Shown piece by piece: positions 32,701-35,700 of a DNA stretch of 64,000 bases. The translations under genes were made by a program, and so were the position numbers. The notes beneath the pieces were generated by a model that ran no database searches, was not told where the DNA came from, and saw only the letters and a list, made by a program, of their open reading frames with translations. How positions within the stretch are numbered: the first letter of the stretch is position 1; every line of letters begins with the position of its first letter. Source of the stretch: Omnitrophica bacterium RIFCSPLOWO2_12_FULL_50_11 (GTDB lineage Bacteria > Omnitrophota > Omnitrophia > Omnitrophales > Danuiimicrobiaceae); assembly GCA_001804315.1 (NCBI GenBank), contig MHFT01000024.1, positions 13,610 to 77,609 of the forward strand, written 5' to 3'.

Positions 32701-35700
32701 GAAACAAGACAGGTCCGACTTGTTGGGCGCATCCGACTTCATACAGTTGTCATCGCGAGGCCAGCATCCCAAGAATGGGCTGAAGCAATACGATGCCTCC
32801 GTCATTACGAGGAAGCGTAGGGGCAATGACGAAGTAATCTCGGATGCGAGATTACTTCGTCATCCCTTGGGGTTGCTTCCTCGCAATGACGGTCAGGATG
32901 CAATTGCTTCGTCAACGCCTGGTCCGCTGCCTCGCGATAACGTTGGCATTGCTGCATCGAGCGGGATACGCGCCGCGGTGCAGAGTGGACAGGAACTGGA
33001 AGACTTGATCATTCCGCATTCCGCACTCCCCATTCCGCACTTGGAAACACGGCCTGAGGTGCGGAGCGGGGACAAATCACGAGGGGATGCGAGCGCTCCT
33101 CCTGACCGTGTCAAACAATGGGAAGAGAATATCGGTGCCGTGAAAAGGATGTTGAGCAAGTTTTTTCAGGAAGGCAATGACCTAAATTATGCCTTGCTTT
33201 TGTTTGGAAACATCCTCGTGAACGATCCCGTTAGAATCGATTACATGGAGAAATTGATGAATGCTTTGAAGAAACAAAAGGGGCCTCGTAGAGACAAAAA
33301 CGCAAGACACGGCGTAGAGCTTACGCCTGACGATCTTAGAGATTTGCTCGATTGGGTAATCGGAGACGTCGCCTATTTAAGCTCTCCGCCTAATAGGAAG
33401 GACGACGGACCTGTTATGTGGATGTGGGTTCCATACAGAGACCTACCCGAAGAACTCATAACCGAAATTGTGAAATATCGAACGCCTAAAAAGAATTTTG
33501 ATGATGCGGCTGACGCATGGAGAGCATATCAGGCGCAGGGTGATAAGAAGCTAATCGGATTTAAGTCATTCTATGATAAGCACTTTAAAAAAAGAGGGGC
33601 GATGGCGTCTGGCGATCAGGCTTTTGATTCGTATTCGTTTCATTTTTTACCTACGAGAAAGCATGATGATTTGAAACTAGGGATTGACACTGACTGGGCC
33701 GGCAGAGGATTGGGCAGAGGATTGGTTGCGTTCAGGGACGTACCTCGAGGTCGAAAACTTGTTGTAAATCGGCTCCGGCAATCTGAACAGGTTTATGGAA
33801 TGTCTCAACATTTGTTTTACATTGAATTAGAGCACGTCAAAAATCGGCTTATTGTTCACACCCACCAACACGGCGGTAGTCGGACGAGTCAATTGAGGAC
33901 TTCCGATCGTGAGTTGTATGATTACTTGAAACATGTACCGGATAAAGCCTTCGCTTTGTTAATAGACCGACTGGATGAGGTACTTGCAGCTTTAGGATGG
34001 TCGGCAGCCGATCAAATCCAGGATTTTGAGATTGTCTCAGCCAGCAAGGTCGCTTATGAATGGTCCACGGTCTCGGCCTCAACGGTTATGACAGCTTATA
34101 TGGATTTTCCACAGCGCCTTGGATTTCATATGGTAGAACGTAAGCCCAATGAGATCCGGAATGCGCCAGGCGACCAAGCCATGTGGAGAGAAAGCGTGTG
34201 GTACTGGAGCCGGCCGCTTGCGGATATGAAGAAACCTCCGAAAGTTCAGATCGAGACGCCGTCTTCTTTCCGTCCGGAAGTGAGAATCCTGGAGACGCGG
34301 GCTGAGGTGCGGGAAACAAAAGTAAGAAGCACGAAGCTGGAAGCAGGAGCGCAAAAGTCTCTCGCTTCAGGCCTCGCGTTTCACGCCGGCGGCAAAGCCG
34401 CCTCCCGCTCTGAAATGCGGATAAATCCGAGGAGCACTGAGGAATTGCGCGAACAGTTGATGACTCTTGTAAGGGAGATCGTCATTCTGCTTGATCTTCT
34501 CACGGTAGATCCCCGTCGGGAGAACCGGAAGGAACTTGAAACCGAGATTACGGAGCTGAGAAGGCAGCTCAGTGAACAAAAAGAGTTTGTGAACGAAGAT
34601 CAACATCAAATCTTTGACAAGCTTGTGGGAGAAGTTAAATCGCTCATTGATTTAGTATCGGCTTCCAAGCTGCCTCTTTCTACTCAATTGATACGAGAAC
34701 ATACTCAGCGTATTTACAGTAACATCCAAGAGCTGGAATTTAAGCCTACGGGGGAACAAAAAGATGCAATAAGTGCGGAAACAGAACGCTTCGAGCTCGC
34801 GAAGTTGATTAGAGCTAAGGATGTCGAGGGTATTGCTGACATGCTTTCGAGAAGCGACGAGGTGCCAATAAAGGTAGATGCGATCAGGGCACTGGGTCTA
34901 TTGAAGGCCAGTCAATATGCAGATTTGATCGTTCCATACTTAACCTTTTTCACACCACCCTTCGGCGAGGGTGTGCGGCTGACTGCAATTACTGCATTAA
35001 GAAATTTAAATGCAAAACAATATCTAACTGAGATTGCGAAGAAATTCACAGATCCCACACTAAGCGTTCGCAGTAGGGCAGCCGGAGTGATTGGGGCATT
35101 CGGGGATCCAACATACATCCCCCAACTGAAGGAACTATTGAATGACAAATCCGCCGCGGTGCGGCTTGCAGCGGCAAAAGCTTTGCAGAAATTCGGAGTG
35201 GACATTCCTGAAGAATACCGCTCCGAAGCGCGGAGCAATGATGATGTCTTTATGAGGATCGCAGCTTCTTTGCCAGAGGAGTGGCGGGAAAAAATTCAAG
35301 CAGTGCAGACAAAACCAGCTAACAGGGATGTTTTCCCCTCGTGGATACAAGCGCTGAATGAAGCGGAAGCGACGCGCCTACACTCCATTCTAACGGATCG
35401 CGTGCCAGTAGATGTAATTGAGTCCTTTTTCCTGAACAGCCCGCACTTTCTTGCAAGCGATCCCGATCAGCGTCATCAAGTGGCAGTTTCGATTGCAGAG
35501 ACGCTAGAGGATGTACGTCGGCTTTTAAGATCTTGGATTGAAGAGCTGGATCGCGACCCGCATGCGCGACGTCCTGCAGCGATCCCTGCGCGCCAGATGA
35601 CCACCCCTGCTGAGACAAGAGGTGTCCGGCCGCAAGAAGAACGAGAAGAGTGGGTATCAGAGGAGGAAGCTGCCAGACGCGCGCGCTTCATTGAGTGGGC

